Source: an uncultured Planctomycetales bacterium (GTDB lineage Bacteria; Omnitrophota; Gorgyraeia; Zapsychrales; CAYRXT01). Taken from it: a DNA stretch of 64,000 nucleotides. The notes beneath the pieces were generated by a model, which did no database searches, was not told the DNA's origin, and saw only the letters and a list, made by a program, of their open reading frames with translations. Location: NCBI GenBank assembly GCA_964428315.1, contig CAYRXT010000005.1:12592-76591 (forward strand), read 5' to 3'. A program made the translations under genes and the position numbers. Positions 1 through 12,013 of the stretch are shown piece after piece. Each line of letters starts with the position of its first letter. The stretch's first letter is position 1.

Positions 1-1871
<1,871 letters not shown>

Positions 1872-1910
1872 GAATGTCCGGATAGTTAAGTTGCCGTGTT
1901 AAGAAGCCCC

Positions 1911-1940
1911 ATTCTAACACAGGAGCATTTTTTGAGTCAA
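1911..1940 (-). promoter_or_regulatory. Putative sigma70 promoter of leuS
   Basis: Minus strand TTGACT-N18-TAGAAT, 40 nt upstream of the ATG. Confidence 0.55.
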
Positions 1941-1963
1941 TGATTTCGTCGGCCCGACACGCA

Positions 1964-2000
1964 AACAGGGGACAGGCCCCGGAGGGGCCTGTCCCCTGTT
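1964..2000 (-). terminator. Strong hairpin, probable intrinsic terminator of the speD-like gene
   Basis: Perfect 17-bp inverted repeat AACAGGGGACAGGCCCC-gga-GGGGCCTGTCCCCTGTT just downstream of the stop at 2029. Confidence 0.7.
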
Positions 2001-2028
2001 CAACTCAACCCTGCGGATCAAGTCCCCC

Positions 2029-2514
2029 CTAGGAGACCATCTCCGTTTCTTTCCTTTTGATGTCCACCTTTACGGGTTTTGAACCGTCTTTCAGCACCGT
2101 CATGGTGTGGTAATTGGTGTCCGTCCTGTAATAATCAAGACCGCGCTCGATATACTGTTCGTCGATCCTCTCGGGGCTGAAGAACTCTGAGCATATTTTT
2201 TTGGCGAGCGCCAGATCGAAGGACTTGCAGCAGTAAACATCCACGGAAATATAGTTCTTGGGCGACAGGGTATGAATGACGACGGAACTTTCGATCAAAG
2301 GCGCCCAGCCGGAGAGGCCCGCCTTGTCGGGAAAACGCGCGGCGTCGCTCCGGAAGATGTTCGGCGGGGCCTGTTTTTCCATGCCCAACCTCCCGACGAT
2401 CTCATCGAGGAATTGATAACAAAGATTCAAATCGTCGCACACACCTTCCCGGCACTGGTAGAGATCAAGAAGAAGCTGAAAACCGAAAGCCTGATTGTTC
2501 TGCGGCGTCTGCAT
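2029..2514 (-). CDS. speD: Pyruvoyl-dependent decarboxylase proenzyme, S-adenosylmethionine decarboxylase (SpeD) family
   Basis: FGFQLLLDLY...GLSGWAPLIE|SSVVIHT...SVDVYCCK...IERG; Glu-Ser self-cleavage site conserved; substrate uncertain. Confidence 0.8.
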   Translation of the reverse strand: MQTPQNNQAFGFQLLLDLYQCREGVCDDLNLCYQFLDEIVGRLGMEKQAPPNIFRSDAARFPDKAGLSGWAPLIESSVVIHTLSPKNYISVDVYCCKSFDLALAKKICSEFFSPERIDEQYIERGLDYYRTDTNYHTMTVLKDGSKPVKVDIKRKETEMVS

Positions 2515-2601
2515 CAAAAGCCTCCCGGCCGTCCGGCCGATCCTTTTGTCATTGGAATGACTTATTTATACACTAATTGATGATTCTCTTGCAAGAAAAA
2601 A

Positions 2602-3051
2602 TTATTTTTTCTTTTCCCGTCGCAGGTAGGTGCGCCGGACCGCGTTGTCCGGCCACTCGTCGCGGAACAGGACGCACAGCCTCTTATAAAAGGGCGCGGC
2701 CCGGCCATTTTCCATGGGGAATTCCCTGCAGAAACGCGGTCTCACCGGATAAACGCGGCAGCGGTTCAAGCCGTCCTGGAACACGCACGTCCCGTTCCGG
2801 ATGACCGTCGCGAACGGGTAATCCTTGTCCGGATGTTCATCGGGCCGCACGAGACGGAACCACGGCTTGGGCACCGCCGGTCCGTATTTCAGAATGCGCC
2901 GCATCTGAGCGGCGGACAGCTCCACCCCTTCGTAACAGCAGGAACCCGAGGTGCATGTCCGGCACGCCCCCGGGTCAGGCCGCCGGCCCGTCTTTTTGAC
3001 GTCCGGTTTCACACAAACAGAAACGCTGTCTTCCCGATCCATTGTCACCAC
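2602..3051 (-). CDS. YkgJ-family cysteine-cluster (putative Fe/Zn-chelating) protein
   Basis: CxxC...CC, CVF...CRVYPVRPRFCREFP motif. Confidence 0.8.
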   Translation of the reverse strand: MVTMDREDSVSVCVKPDVKKTGRRPDPGACRTCTSGSCCYEGVELSAAQMRRILKYGPAVPKPWFRLVRPDEHPDKDYPFATVIRNGTCVFQDGLNRCRVYPVRPRFCREFPMENGRAAPFYKRLCVLFRDEWPDNAVRRTYLRREKKK

Positions 3052-3275
3052 AAAACAAGAAACACAAAACTGATAAGGACAAGAAAAAGCACAAAAAACC
3101 AGACCGCGCGGTTATTGGAATAGCGTACTCTTCCCAGGAAACCCTTACCCGCCCTTTCCAGGCTTTCCCCGCAGAAATGACAGAGCAGGGCGTCATCATC
3201 ATAGATAGGACGTTTGCAGTGCGGACAGATATATTCTCCCAAACCCTTCTCCTCCGCCAGGACATGTGCCGGCAA
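3045..3275 (-). CDS. Small zinc-ribbon protein with C-terminal TM helix
   Basis: CPHC...CHFCG and hydrophobic C-terminus VWFFVLFLVLISFVFLVLW; stop overlaps the next start. Confidence 0.65.
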   Translation of the reverse strand: MPAHVLAEEKGLGEYICPHCKRPIYDDDALLCHFCGESLERAGKGFLGRVRYSNNRAVWFFVLFLVLISFVFLVLW

Positions 3276-3358
3276 CAGAAACTTTTTTTTATATTATGCC
3301 ACCGCCCGCGGCCAAGTCAAATACTAACCCTTTTTCTTATCCCCCGGCCATATTTTAT

Positions 3359-3387
3359 TTGCAATTTCATTAAATGTGTTCTATTAT
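3359..3387 (+). promoter_or_regulatory. Putative sigma70 promoter of thiSGHF
   Basis: TTGCAA-N17-TATTAT. Confidence 0.55.
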
Positions 3388-3428
3388 GGCGTATATTCCG
3401 GCACAGTTTTTCCCGTGGAGAACAGGCC

Positions 3429-3629
3429 ATGAGGATCAGGATTAACGGCACAGAAAAAGAACTCCCCGATTCCTTCAATCTGCGTGATACCGTCACCCGC
3501 TTCTGCAAAGACGCCCGGCATGTCATCGCCGAGCTCAACGGGACGATTATCCGGCAGGACAACTGGGATAACAGTCCTCTGCGTGAAGGCGATACCCTCG
3601 AACTGGTCAATTTCGTCGGCGGCGGATAA
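3429..3629 (+). CDS. thiS: Sulfur carrier protein ThiS
   Basis: 66 aa MRIRING...ELVNFVGGG with C-terminal GG; GGAG SD; precedes thiG. Confidence 0.93.
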   Translation: MRIRINGTEKELPDSFNLRDTVTRFCKDARHVIAELNGTIIRQDNWDNSPLREGDTLELVNFVGGG

Positions 3630-3664
3630 GGCGGGCCTTCCGCAGTTGTTTCCTATCCCTCATC

Positions 3665-4480
3665 ATGGCAAGGATGAACGACATGTCCACACCATCGCTC
3701 AATTCGCACGACCAGCCCCTGGAGATCGGCGGCAAAACATTCTCCAACCGCTTCCTCCTGGGAACAGGAAAGTTCAAGGCCAAGGACGAGATGAAGGAGA
3801 GCATCCTGGCGGCCGGGGTCGAACTGGTCACCGTGGCCCTGAGGCGTGTCGACCTCGAACGGCACGAAGAGAACATCCTCGAATATCTTCCCGACGGGAT
3901 CACCCTCATGACCAACACCTCGGGGGCCCGTAACGCCAGGGAAGCCGTGCGGATCGCCCGTCTGGCCAGGGAATCCGGATGCGGGAACTGGGTGAAGATC
4001 GAGGTCATCAATGACAGCAAATATCTCCTGCCGGACAATGCCGAGACCATCAAGGCGACCGAAATACTGGCCGGTGAAGGGTTCGTTGTCATGCCCTACA
4101 TGTACCCCGACCTGTACGCGGCGAGAGAGCTCGTGAACGCGGGGGCCGCGACGGTCATGCCGCTGGGCTCTCTGATCGGCAGCAACCAGGGCCTCAAGGC
4201 CAGGGAGTTTATCAGGATCCTGATCGACGAGATTGACGTGCCTATCATCGTGGACGCGGGGATCGGGTCTCCTTCCCAGGCCTCCGAGGCGATGGAGATG
4301 GGGGCGGATGCCGTACTGGCCAACACCGCGGTGGCCACCGCCGGGAACCCGGTCCTCTTGGCCCGGGCCTTCTCTCTGGCTGTGCAGGCCGGGCGTTTAG
4401 CCTATGTCAGCGGCCTGCCGGGCAGGCAGGAGACGGCCGAGTCATCATCTCCCCTGACGGGTTTCTTATACGGGAAATAA
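3665..4480 (+). CDS. thiG: Thiazole synthase
   Basis: [58 protein letters not shown]; start may be 3674 or 3683. Confidence 0.97.
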   Translation: MARMNDMSTPSLNSHDQPLEIGGKTFSNRFLLGTGKFKAKDEMKESILAAGVELVTVALRRVDLERHEENILEYLPDGITLMTNTSGARNAREAVRIARLARESGCGNWVKIEVINDSKYLLPDNAETIKATEILAGEGFVVMPYMYPDLYAARELVNAGAATVMPLGSLIGSNQGLKAREFIRILIDEIDVPIIVDAGIGSPSQASEAMEMGADAVLANTAVATAGNPVLLARAFSLAVQAGRLAYVSGLPGRQETAESSSPLTGFLYGK

Positions 4481-4506
4481 CCCTTTCTTTGCCTTACCAA
4501 AGACCC

Positions 4507-5535
4507 ATGATGGACAAAAGCCTTATCCGTGAAACGCTGTGTGATGAACGGCCCGAGAGCCTGGAGGCCCTGGCCCGGCGAGCCCGCCGTTTGACCGAAC
4601 AGCATTTCGGAAGAACCATAAGCCTGTACGCCCCGCTGTACCTGTCGAACTACTGTTCAAGCCACTGCACCTACTGCGGTTTCAGCGTCCATAACACAAT
4701 CCGCCGGAAGAAACTGGGGCCCGCGGAAATCGAGCAGGAGATGCGCTCCGTGGCCTCAAGCGGCATCCAGAACATCCTGCTCTTAACCGGCGAGTCCTAC
4801 AAGGCGACACCCCTGTCCTATCTGAAAGAGGCCGTCATGATCGCCCGGCGGTATTTTCCCAGTATCAGCCTCGAGGTCCACCCGATGGAGGGACCCGAAT
4901 ACCGGGAACTGTTTGTGTGCGGCGCGGATGGCGTCACCGTTTACCAGGAGACCTACGACCGTCAACGCTACGCGCAGGTCCATCTGCTGGGGAAAAAGAA
5001 GGATTACGATTTCCGTCTGGACGCCCCGCGGCGGGCCGCCGAGGCGGGCATGCGTTATCTTTCCCTGGGGGTTTTGCTGGGATTATCCGACGTTTGCGAA
5101 GACATCACGGCCCTCTACGAACATCTCCGCTTTCTGGAAAAACGTTATCCGGGCGTGGAATACAGCGTTTCTTTTCCGCGCCTGCGCCCCATCAAGGGCA
5201 TGGGCTTCGTTCCATGCCGTGTGGACGACCGCATGCTGATCCGCCTGATCTGCCTGACGCGCGTCCTCTTCCCGCGTGTGGGCATCAACCTGTCGACCAG
5301 GGAAAGCGCCTTTTTACGCGACCATGCCCTGGGCCTTGGGGTGACGCGCCTTTCCGCCGCTTCGCGCACGTCGGTAGGCGGTTATACGTTGCTGGACAAA
5401 GAAAGCCGGGAGCCCCAGTTCGATATCCAGGACGAACGCTCCGTCGCTCAGATCGTTCAACTCCTCAAGACCAGGCGTTACGACCCGGTGTTCACCGACT
5501 GGCGGCATATCTCCAACGGCGCGGCCGCCGCGTAA
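4507..5535 (+). CDS. thiH: 2-iminoacetate synthase (radical SAM)
   Basis: YAPLYLSNYCSSHCTYCGF (CxxxCxxC), YQETY, SFPRLRP, LSTRE, QFDIQDERS. Confidence 0.95.
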   Translation: MMDKSLIRETLCDERPESLEALARRARRLTEQHFGRTISLYAPLYLSNYCSSHCTYCGFSVHNTIRRKKLGPAEIEQEMRSVASSGIQNILLLTGESYKATPLSYLKEAVMIARRYFPSISLEVHPMEGPEYRELFVCGADGVTVYQETYDRQRYAQVHLLGKKKDYDFRLDAPRRAAEAGMRYLSLGVLLGLSDVCEDITALYEHLRFLEKRYPGVEYSVSFPRLRPIKGMGFVPCRVDDRMLIRLICLTRVLFPRVGINLSTRESAFLRDHALGLGVTRLSAASRTSVGGYTLLDKESREPQFDIQDERSVAQIVQLLKTRRYDPVFTDWRHISNGAAAA

Positions 5536-5547
5536 CGGAAACAATCC

Positions 5548-6147
5548 ATGAACGCCTTTGAACAGGGATTAAGACGCTATCTCAGCGAAAATGTCATCCG
5601 CGCCCTCGGAAGAGTGAAGGTGGGCATAGGCGGGGCCGGGGGGCTTGGTTCGAATATAGCCGTGATTCTCGTCCGCAGCGGCTTCAGGGATATTGAGATC
5701 GTCGACGAGGACCGGATCGAACCGTCCAACCTCAACCGGCAGCAGTACTTCCTTGCCGAGATCGGACAGCCGAAAGTCAAGATCCTCAAAGAACGGCTCC
5801 TCTCCATCAACCCCGACATCCGAGTCGTTGCCCGCCGCGAACGCTGGAGACCGGAGAACGGCGAACGCTATTTTCGCGGCGCGGACGTCGTTGTTGAGGC
5901 CTTCGACAAGGCGGAAGGAAAATTCCGTTTCGTCGAGTATTACCGGGGAAGGACCGGACTCGTGGTAAGCGGCAACGGGATGGCCGGCCTGAAAGACAAA
6001 CAGCCCATGGTCACCAAGAGACTCGGGAACGTCATTATCGTCGGGGATAACGCCACCGACACGCGCGCGGGCCACCCGCCTTTGGCGCCCCGGGTGACCG
6101 CCTGCGCGGCCATGATGGCCGAGGCCGTAATGGACGCGTTTTCCTGA
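5548..6147 (+). CDS. thiF: ThiS adenylyltransferase
   Basis: GAGGLGS, SNLNRQ, EAFD, APRVTACAAMMA; last gene of the thi operon. Confidence 0.9.
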   Translation: MNAFEQGLRRYLSENVIRALGRVKVGIGGAGGLGSNIAVILVRSGFRDIEIVDEDRIEPSNLNRQQYFLAEIGQPKVKILKERLLSINPDIRVVARRERWRPENGERYFRGADVVVEAFDKAEGKFRFVEYYRGRTGLVVSGNGMAGLKDKQPMVTKRLGNVIIVGDNATDTRAGHPPLAPRVTACAAMMAEAVMDAFS

Positions 6148-6224
6148 AATATAACGCCGCACAATTATTTAAACGCGGATGAGGATTCCACGGGGCTTAC
6201 CCGGTGGCGCCTCCCGCCTCTCCT

Positions 6225-6929
6225 TCATCTCCCGGGGCGTCCATCCCGCGATCTCAGCAAGATATCCTTTACCGGTCTCTTGACCGATTCGATGTCAACA
6301 TCAACAGCCCCCTGTATCCCCGATCCGGTCACGGCCTGGATCAGCATCAGTCGGCCCAGCTGCTCCACGCTTTGTATAATCTCGTAATTCTGAATGACAT
6401 TGATTGTCCATTCGTCCCGTCGGGGCGGTTCCCGGGTGAAGTCCCTGAAACGCACGTCTTCGATACGCAGCGTGCATTTCCGGACAAAAAGGTCTTTGTT
6501 CTTTTTTCCCGAAACACGGCGCAACATATCGGCGTTCGTCTTCTTTTTCCGGGACATAAACTTCAGAGAATCAACATTCAGCTCGTTCAATTCGTTCCGG
6601 ACGATTTCCATTTTCTTCAGGTGCACCCGCAGTTCATCGATTTCCTTAACCTTGTCAAACGCGGTCTGCGGGTTGTAACGGATGTACATCTCCGGAACAG
6701 TAAACATCACGCCGTCTTCAAAACCGGGCGGATGAAATATCCTGAGATCCGTGACATAAATCTCGTGGTCAAAAAACATCCGGAAATCGACATCTCCGAT
6801 ATCGGTCTTGAGGCCGGTCGCGAACTTGATCTTCTGTTCAAGGGCCACTTCCATAATGTAATTTTTGGTCAACACAAGCCCGGCGGCGATGACCGCCAGG
6901 ATGACCAGTAAGCTGATCCATCTTTTCAT
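6225..6929 (-). CDS. Membrane-anchored hypothetical protein (AsmA N-terminal-like)
   Basis: N-terminal TM, then TGLKTDIGDV...IFHPPGF...LNVDSL pattern; start taken at MKRWISLL. Confidence 0.55.
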   Translation of the reverse strand: MKRWISLLVILAVIAAGLVLTKNYIMEVALEQKIKFATGLKTDIGDVDFRMFFDHEIYVTDLRIFHPPGFEDGVMFTVPEMYIRYNPQTAFDKVKEIDELRVHLKKMEIVRNELNELNVDSLKFMSRKKKTNADMLRRVSGKKNKDLFVRKCTLRIEDVRFRDFTREPPRRDEWTINVIQNYEIIQSVEQLGRLMLIQAVTGSGIQGAVDVDIESVKRPVKDILLRSRDGRPGR

Positions 6930-7627
6930 GGCATCCTTCCTTTTCGTTTCAGCATGATAATGGCGGCGACGGCCGCAACACAATACATAAGGCTCCAGAC
7001 ATAAATAACGCGGTGGCGCATCATATATCCGACAACGACGGTGGGATCACTGAAAACAGCCTGGCCGACACCCGCCAGTATCAATTGTATCCAAAATATC
7101 CTCAAAGGCGAACCCAAAAATACAATAATGAAATAGTCCCTGAAGCGTATCGATGTCAGTCCGCAGAAAAGGTCCAGCAGGCGGTAAGGCACAAGGGGGA
7201 CGGCGCGCAGGACAAACAGTGTCCAGAGGCCTCTGCCGGCCAGGGCCTCCTGCCAGACGGCGTAATCCCACCCCAGTCTTTTCCCGACAAAGTCGCGGCC
7301 CAGGGCGCGGCTGAGATGAAACAGGACGGCCGCGTTGAATAGTTCAGCGATCCAAATATATAACGTGCTCAGGTAGGCGCCGAAGGACAGGGCCCCGACG
7401 ATTTTCAAAAGGTCTTTCGCGAACCAGGCGAAAAAGGTCAGCCCGACGTACAGAGCGATAAAGACCGCCCCCGCATATGCCGGAGGAAAGCGGGCGATCC
7501 AGGCGCGGTACGCCTCCGGATCGAACTGGACGAAACGGCCAAGTGCGAAAGCCGCCAACAGGATGCCGACGAGAACGCAGAAGCGGACCCGGCTGTTTTT
7601 CATCATATGATCGAACGACGCGTTCAT
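6926..7627 (-). CDS. TVP38/TMEM64 (DedA/VTT) family membrane protein
   Basis: GALSFG...LFHLSRALGR...LRAVPLVP...GLTSIRFRDY; start uncertain. Confidence 0.85.
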   Translation of the reverse strand: MNASFDHMMKNSRVRFCVLVGILLAAFALGRFVQFDPEAYRAWIARFPPAYAGAVFIALYVGLTFFAWFAKDLLKIVGALSFGAYLSTLYIWIAELFNAAVLFHLSRALGRDFVGKRLGWDYAVWQEALAGRGLWTLFVLRAVPLVPYRLLDLFCGLTSIRFRDYFIIVFLGSPLRIFWIQLILAGVGQAVFSDPTVVVGYMMRHRVIYVWSLMYCVAAVAAIIMLKRKGRMP

Positions 7628-7721
7628 CGCTGAAACGAAGCCCTTTCTTAAGACCGCACAACCCGCGGCCTTCCGGGAAACCAGAAACATATCACATTCC
7701 GCAGACAAAAGATATTATAGC

Positions 7722-7759
7722 AAAAAAATCCCCCGCCCGTTACATGGCGGGGGATTTTT
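7722..7759 (-). terminator. Intrinsic (bidirectional-type) terminator after cysK
   Basis: AAAAATCCCCCGCC-N8-GGCGGGGGATTTTT. Confidence 0.8.
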
Positions 7760-7781
7760 CAATTCTTCCTGTAAACGGTGA

Positions 7782-8714
7782 TCAACTCCGGTATTCGCTG
7801 AAGAGATCCGTGCTCAGGTACCGCTCGCCGGTACTCGGAAGGATCACCACGATCATCTTGCCTTTGTTTTCCGGTTTGGAGGCAATCTTCAAGGCGGCAC
7901 AGACCGCCGCGCCGGAGGAAATGCCGGCCAGGATGCCTTCTTCTTTGATCAGGCGCTTGGCGTAAGAGAAGGCCTCGTTATTGTCGACCTGGACGACCTC
8001 ATCCAAGAGATCCTTCTTCAGGACGCCGGGTACGAATCCTGCCCCGATGCCCTGAATCTTATGAGGACCGGGCTGTCCGCCGGAAAGGATCGGGGATCCG
8101 ATCGGCTCAACGCCCACCGCCCGAAACGAGGCTTTCTTCTCTTTAAGGGCTTCGGCCACACCGGTGATGGTGCCGCCCGTGCCGATCCCCGACACCAGGA
8201 TATCCGCCTTTCCGTCCGTATCCTTCCATATTTCCTCGGCGGTCGTCAGTCGGTGGATTTCGGGATTGGCCGGATTCTCGAACTGCTGAGGGATAAAATA
8301 CTTCTTGTCCGTCTGGGCCAGCTCTTTGGCCTTGGCGACGGCGCCCTTCATGCCTTCGGATCCGGGTGTCAAGACAAGATTCGCGCCCAGCGATTTCAAC
8401 AGGGCCCGTCTCTCAACGCTCATCGTCTCCGGCATGGTCAGGGTCAGTTTGTATCCCCGGACGGCGCAGACAAACGCCAGGGCGATCCCTGTATTGCCCG
8501 ATGTGGGTTCCAGGATCACCGTGTCTTCTTTTATCATTCCCTGATTTTCCGCGGCCTCGATCATGCTCAGGCCGATTCGATCCTTGACCGATCCCAGGGG
8601 GTTAAAAAACTCCAGTTTTGCAATAACCTCCGCCTGGCAGCCCTCGGCGATCTTGTTGAGCTTAACGAGAGGCGTGCGTCCGACCAGTTCCGTGATGTCT
8701 TTAGCTATCTTCAT
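7782..8714 (-). CDS. cysK: Cysteine synthase A
   Basis: [10 protein letters not shown] (PLP Lys), [26 protein letters not shown]. Confidence 0.97.
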   Translation of the reverse strand: MKIAKDITELVGRTPLVKLNKIAEGCQAEVIAKLEFFNPLGSVKDRIGLSMIEAAENQGMIKEDTVILEPTSGNTGIALAFVCAVRGYKLTLTMPETMSVERRALLKSLGANLVLTPGSEGMKGAVAKAKELAQTDKKYFIPQQFENPANPEIHRLTTAEEIWKDTDGKADILVSGIGTGGTITGVAEALKEKKASFRAVGVEPIGSPILSGGQPGPHKIQGIGAGFVPGVLKKDLLDEVVQVDNNEAFSYAKRLIKEEGILAGISSGAAVCAALKIASKPENKGKMIVVILPSTGERYLSTDLFSEYRS

Positions 8715-10663
8715 AAGGGTTCTCCTTCCTTTGCATTTGGCTTGTTCATGGACATCTCATCATCCCTTTTGAGTCTATCCCCGTTTTTCTTTTCCATATG
8801 ATATTTTTTCAGGTAGACCATAAGAACGGCGATCGCGGACGGCGTCACGCCGGGAATGCGGTGCGCCTGACCGAGAGAAAGCGGCGCCCGTTTCTTGAGC
8901 TTTTCCCTTATTTCCGTCGATAGTCCCTGGACCTTCCCGTAATCGATATCCTCCGGGATGCAAATGCCCTCGATATGCCTGAAGCGTTCGATGTTTTTCA
9001 TCTGACGCTCGATGAAACCGTCATATTTGATCTCGTACTCCACCTGGTCGATAACCGGTTTGGGGTACTCTTTCAATTTCCCGTCAAAGGGAGCGATCAT
9101 GGCATAGGAAATCCCCGGCCGCTTGAGGATGTCGCTCAAGGGGGTAAGCCGGCGGACAGGGCCGCTGTTCCGGGAAACCAGGATGCCGTCCAACGATGTG
9201 CCGGGGCCGATCCGTGTCTTTCTGAGATGCGCGATCTCTTCCGCGATCAGGCGGCACTTCTCTTCCACGGCCTCCCACTCATTTTTCTCAATGAGCCCGA
9301 AACGGCGCCCGTATCTCATCAACCGCTTATCGGCGTTATCTTCCCTCACGACCAGCCGGTATTCCACGCGGGAGGTGAACATACGGTAAGGCTCATCCGT
9401 ACCCTTGGTTACCAGGTCGTCGATCAAAACACCGATATAGGATTCCGAACGGCCGAGGACAAAGGGCGCTTCTCCACGGAACATGAGCGCCGCGTTGATC
9501 CCCGCGAGAAGCCCCTGCGCCGCCGCCTCTTCGTAACCGGTGGTGCCGTTGATCTGGCCGGCCAGAAACAGTCCGCGCACGCGTTTCGTTTCAAGATGTG
9601 GCGTCAGCTCGACGGGATCCACAACGCCGTGTTCGATCGAGTAGCCGAAACGCAGGATCGCGGCTTTCTCCAGCCCCCTGATCGAGTGGACAACGGCCTC
9701 CTGGACCTCGGAGGGCAGTCCGGTCGATATGCCGTTGGGATAATAGACATCCGTATCCAGCCCCTCGGGTTCGAGGAACACCTGGTGGCTGGCCTTCCCG
9801 GAAAATTTGACGATCTTGTCTTCGATGGACGGGCAGTACCGCACGCCCGTCGAACGGATGACGCCCGAATACATGGGCGAAAGACGGAGGTTGGCGCAAA
9901 TGATCTGGTGAGTCTCGGTGTTAGTCTGAGTGATGTAACAGGGGCGAAACCTCCGGGGAAGCTGCCTGGTCCTGAAAGAAAACGGGATCGGATCGGGATC
10001 GGAATGCTGGATCTCCAGTCCGTCGAAATCAATAGTCTTTCCGTCCAGTCTCGGCGGCGTGCCCGTCTTAAAACTCATCATGGTGAAACCCAGCCCGGCC
10101 AGGTTGTCCGCCAGCCGGTTGGAGGCCTGTTCATTGATCCGGCCGCCCGGGACCGTCATCCGTCCTCTGTGGATCCGTCCCCGCAAAAACGTCCCGGCGG
10201 CAACAATCACGGCCGGGGACAAAATCCGCCGCCCCCCCGCCGTCTCGACGCCGCACACCCTGCTTTTATGAACGATAAGCCCACAGACTTTGTCGAGAAG
10301 AACCGTCAGATTAGCCTGCCGGCTAACGGCGTCCTGCATGTATTGTTTATACCTCTTCCTGTCCGACTGGCAGCGCGAGGAACGCACCGCCTGCCCCTTG
10401 GACGCGTTAAGCTGCCGGAACTGGATGCCCGTCTCGTCGGCCGCCCTCCCCATCTCGCCGCCCAGGACATCGATCTCCTTGACCAGCTGGCCCTTGCCGA
10501 CACCGCCGATGGCGGGATTACAGCTCATTTCGCCGATAGTCTCAAAGGCAAGGTTGACCATGAGCGTCCGTAAACCCATGCGGCTGGACGCCAGGGCCGC
10601 CTCAATTCCGGCGTGCCCCCCGCCGATGACAATACAGTCAAAATCAGAAGAATGCTTAACCAT
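8711..10663 (-). CDS. mnmG: tRNA U34 carboxymethylaminomethyl modification enzyme MnmG/GidA
   Basis: [57 protein letters not shown]. Confidence 0.98.
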   Translation of the reverse strand: MVKHSSDFDCIVIGGGHAGIEAALASSRMGLRTLMVNLAFETIGEMSCNPAIGGVGKGQLVKEIDVLGGEMGRAADETGIQFRQLNASKGQAVRSSRCQSDRKRYKQYMQDAVSRQANLTVLLDKVCGLIVHKSRVCGVETAGGRRILSPAVIVAAGTFLRGRIHRGRMTVPGGRINEQASNRLADNLAGLGFTMMSFKTGTPPRLDGKTIDFDGLEIQHSDPDPIPFSFRTRQLPRRFRPCYITQTNTETHQIICANLRLSPMYSGVIRSTGVRYCPSIEDKIVKFSGKASHQVFLEPEGLDTDVYYPNGISTGLPSEVQEAVVHSIRGLEKAAILRFGYSIEHGVVDPVELTPHLETKRVRGLFLAGQINGTTGYEEAAAQGLLAGINAALMFRGEAPFVLGRSESYIGVLIDDLVTKGTDEPYRMFTSRVEYRLVVREDNADKRLMRYGRRFGLIEKNEWEAVEEKCRLIAEEIAHLRKTRIGPGTSLDGILVSRNSGPVRRLTPLSDILKRPGISYAMIAPFDGKLKEYPKPVIDQVEYEIKYDGFIERQMKNIERFRHIEGICIPEDIDYGKVQGLSTEIREKLKKRAPLSLGQAHRIPGVTPSAIAVLMVYLKKYHMEKKNGDRLKRDDEMSMNKPNAKEGEPL

Positions 10664-10677
10664 CACACGTCTTTCCT

Positions 10678-10845
10678 TCAACGCTTTTTCAGAACCAGAA
10701 AAGTGTTCAAGATCGTGAAAAGGACGAGGATGACAACGATAAGATTCAGATCCTCATACCGGAAGCTCGTAAAGGTGATGACCAAAAGGCCTATGAGCGA
10801 CATGCACCAGAGGATGTACATTATGGCCGTGATGAGCCTTTCCAA
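10678..10845 (-). CDS. Small 55-aa two-TM membrane protein (below the ORF-track cutoff)
   Basis: AAGGAG SD, TTG start, MERLITAIMYILWCMSLIGLLVITFTSFRYEDLNLIVVILVLFTILNTFLVLKKR*; stop lies just upstream of mnmG. Confidence 0.6.
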   Translation of the reverse strand: MERLITAIMYILWCMSLIGLLVITFTSFRYEDLNLIVVILVLFTILNTFLVLKKR

Positions 10846-10917
10846 TTTGGGTCTCCTTTATTATAAAAGGCCAATGGATATCTGCAGGCTCACGCCCGCA
10901 GGACCGCGAAGGTCTAT

Positions 10918-10947
10918 TAAAATAACTGTAAATTGGCCATTTGTCAA
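10918..10947 (-). promoter_or_regulatory. Putative promoter of the small-protein-mnmG-cysK unit
   Basis: TTGACA-N17-TATTTT on the minus strand. Confidence 0.5.
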
Positions 10948-11002
10948 TTAATTCACTTTTGGATAGATTATTATTTTAATAATGTAAAAAGATTGCGGTA
11001 AT

Positions 11003-12004
11003 TCAGCGGATACTGCGGCAGGAATCGCGGGAAACAAGTTCCGGGGGCAGCAAGACCTTGACGCCGGTTTTTTTCTTCCCTGTTATAACACCGTTCAAAT
11101 AACGCACGGCGTCCTCGGCCATCTTGAACAACGGCTGGCGGATCGTCGTCAAACCGATCGCTCCGTAAATGGAAGCGGGATTATCATCAAAACCGATAAC
11201 CGATATATCCTTGGGCACCTTCAGACCCCGTTCCATGGCCACGGCAATGGCCTCCAGCGCCATGTCGTCGCTTGCCGCGAAGATGGCCGTCGGAGGCTCC
11301 TTCAGCGCAAAAAATTGATCGGCCGCCAGACGCGCGCATCGTCGGGAATAATCGCCCGTGTAAATATACTCTTCCCTCAGAGGGACCTTCGACTTCTTCA
11401 TCGTCTCCTTGAACCCTTCCAGCCGATGAAGTCCCGACTGCGTCTTCAAGGCACCGCTTATGGTGGCGATGCGCCTGTGGCCGAGATTGATGAGATAATC
11501 CGCAGCCATGCGCCCTCCCTTGCGGTTATCCACGGCAATGTAACTCACGTCCATATCCTCAACGACATTATTGATGACGACACAGTGCAGACTCTCTTCC
11601 ATGGCCGTTTCGATCTGGGAACGGTTCTCGATGATGTCGGCGAAGATGACACCGCCGACGTTGGAGGTGTTAAGCGAATTATAGCCGTTAGTGATGTGGA
11701 AGATAAGATCCAAACGGAGGGTTTCGCACGCGTGCCCAACGCCCCGGATGAGCTCCATGGCGTAATAGGAATGGAACACGCCCGGATAACCCGGCATGAC
11801 CAGTCCGATCGCGTTGTTGAAACCCCGGGCCAGACGCTGCGCCGTGACATTGGGCTTGTACTTTAAATAGGCGATAGCCTCTTCGACCTTGATGCGGTTG
11901 GATTTGGTAACAGTGGGAATGTTGTTGAGAACACGGGAAACGGTGGTAATGGAGACCCCGGCCCGCCGCGCCACATCTTCAATGCTGACTTTTTTTTCCG
12001 TCAC
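11003..12004 (-). CDS. LacI-family transcriptional regulator
   Basis: SIEDVARRAGVSITTVSRVLN HTH, YKPNVTAQRL hinge, periplasmic-binding-like domain with SVIGFDD and LTTIRQP. Confidence 0.96.
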   Translation of the reverse strand: MTEKKVSIEDVARRAGVSITTVSRVLNNIPTVTKSNRIKVEEAIAYLKYKPNVTAQRLARGFNNAIGLVMPGYPGVFHSYYAMELIRGVGHACETLRLDLIFHITNGYNSLNTSNVGGVIFADIIENRSQIETAMEESLHCVVINNVVEDMDVSYIAVDNRKGGRMAADYLINLGHRRIATISGALKTQSGLHRLEGFKETMKKSKVPLREEYIYTGDYSRRCARLAADQFFALKEPPTAIFAASDDMALEAIAVAMERGLKVPKDISVIGFDDNPASIYGAIGLTTIRQPLFKMAEDAVRYLNGVITGKKKTGVKVLLPPELVSRDSCRSIR

Positions 12005-12013
12005 AGGGCCAAC

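Noticed and set aside
3042-3428. Apparent 130-aa N-terminal extension of ThiS
   Set aside because: Overlaps a minus-strand gene and the promoter; the SD supports ATG 3429.
8975-10573. 532-aa plus-strand ORF
   Set aside because: Antisense shadow of mnmG caused by high GC3 codon bias.
10967-10983. ATTATTA-ttt-TAATAAT palindrome as a ROK operator
   Set aside because: Low complexity within AT-rich DNA; no convincing second copy found.
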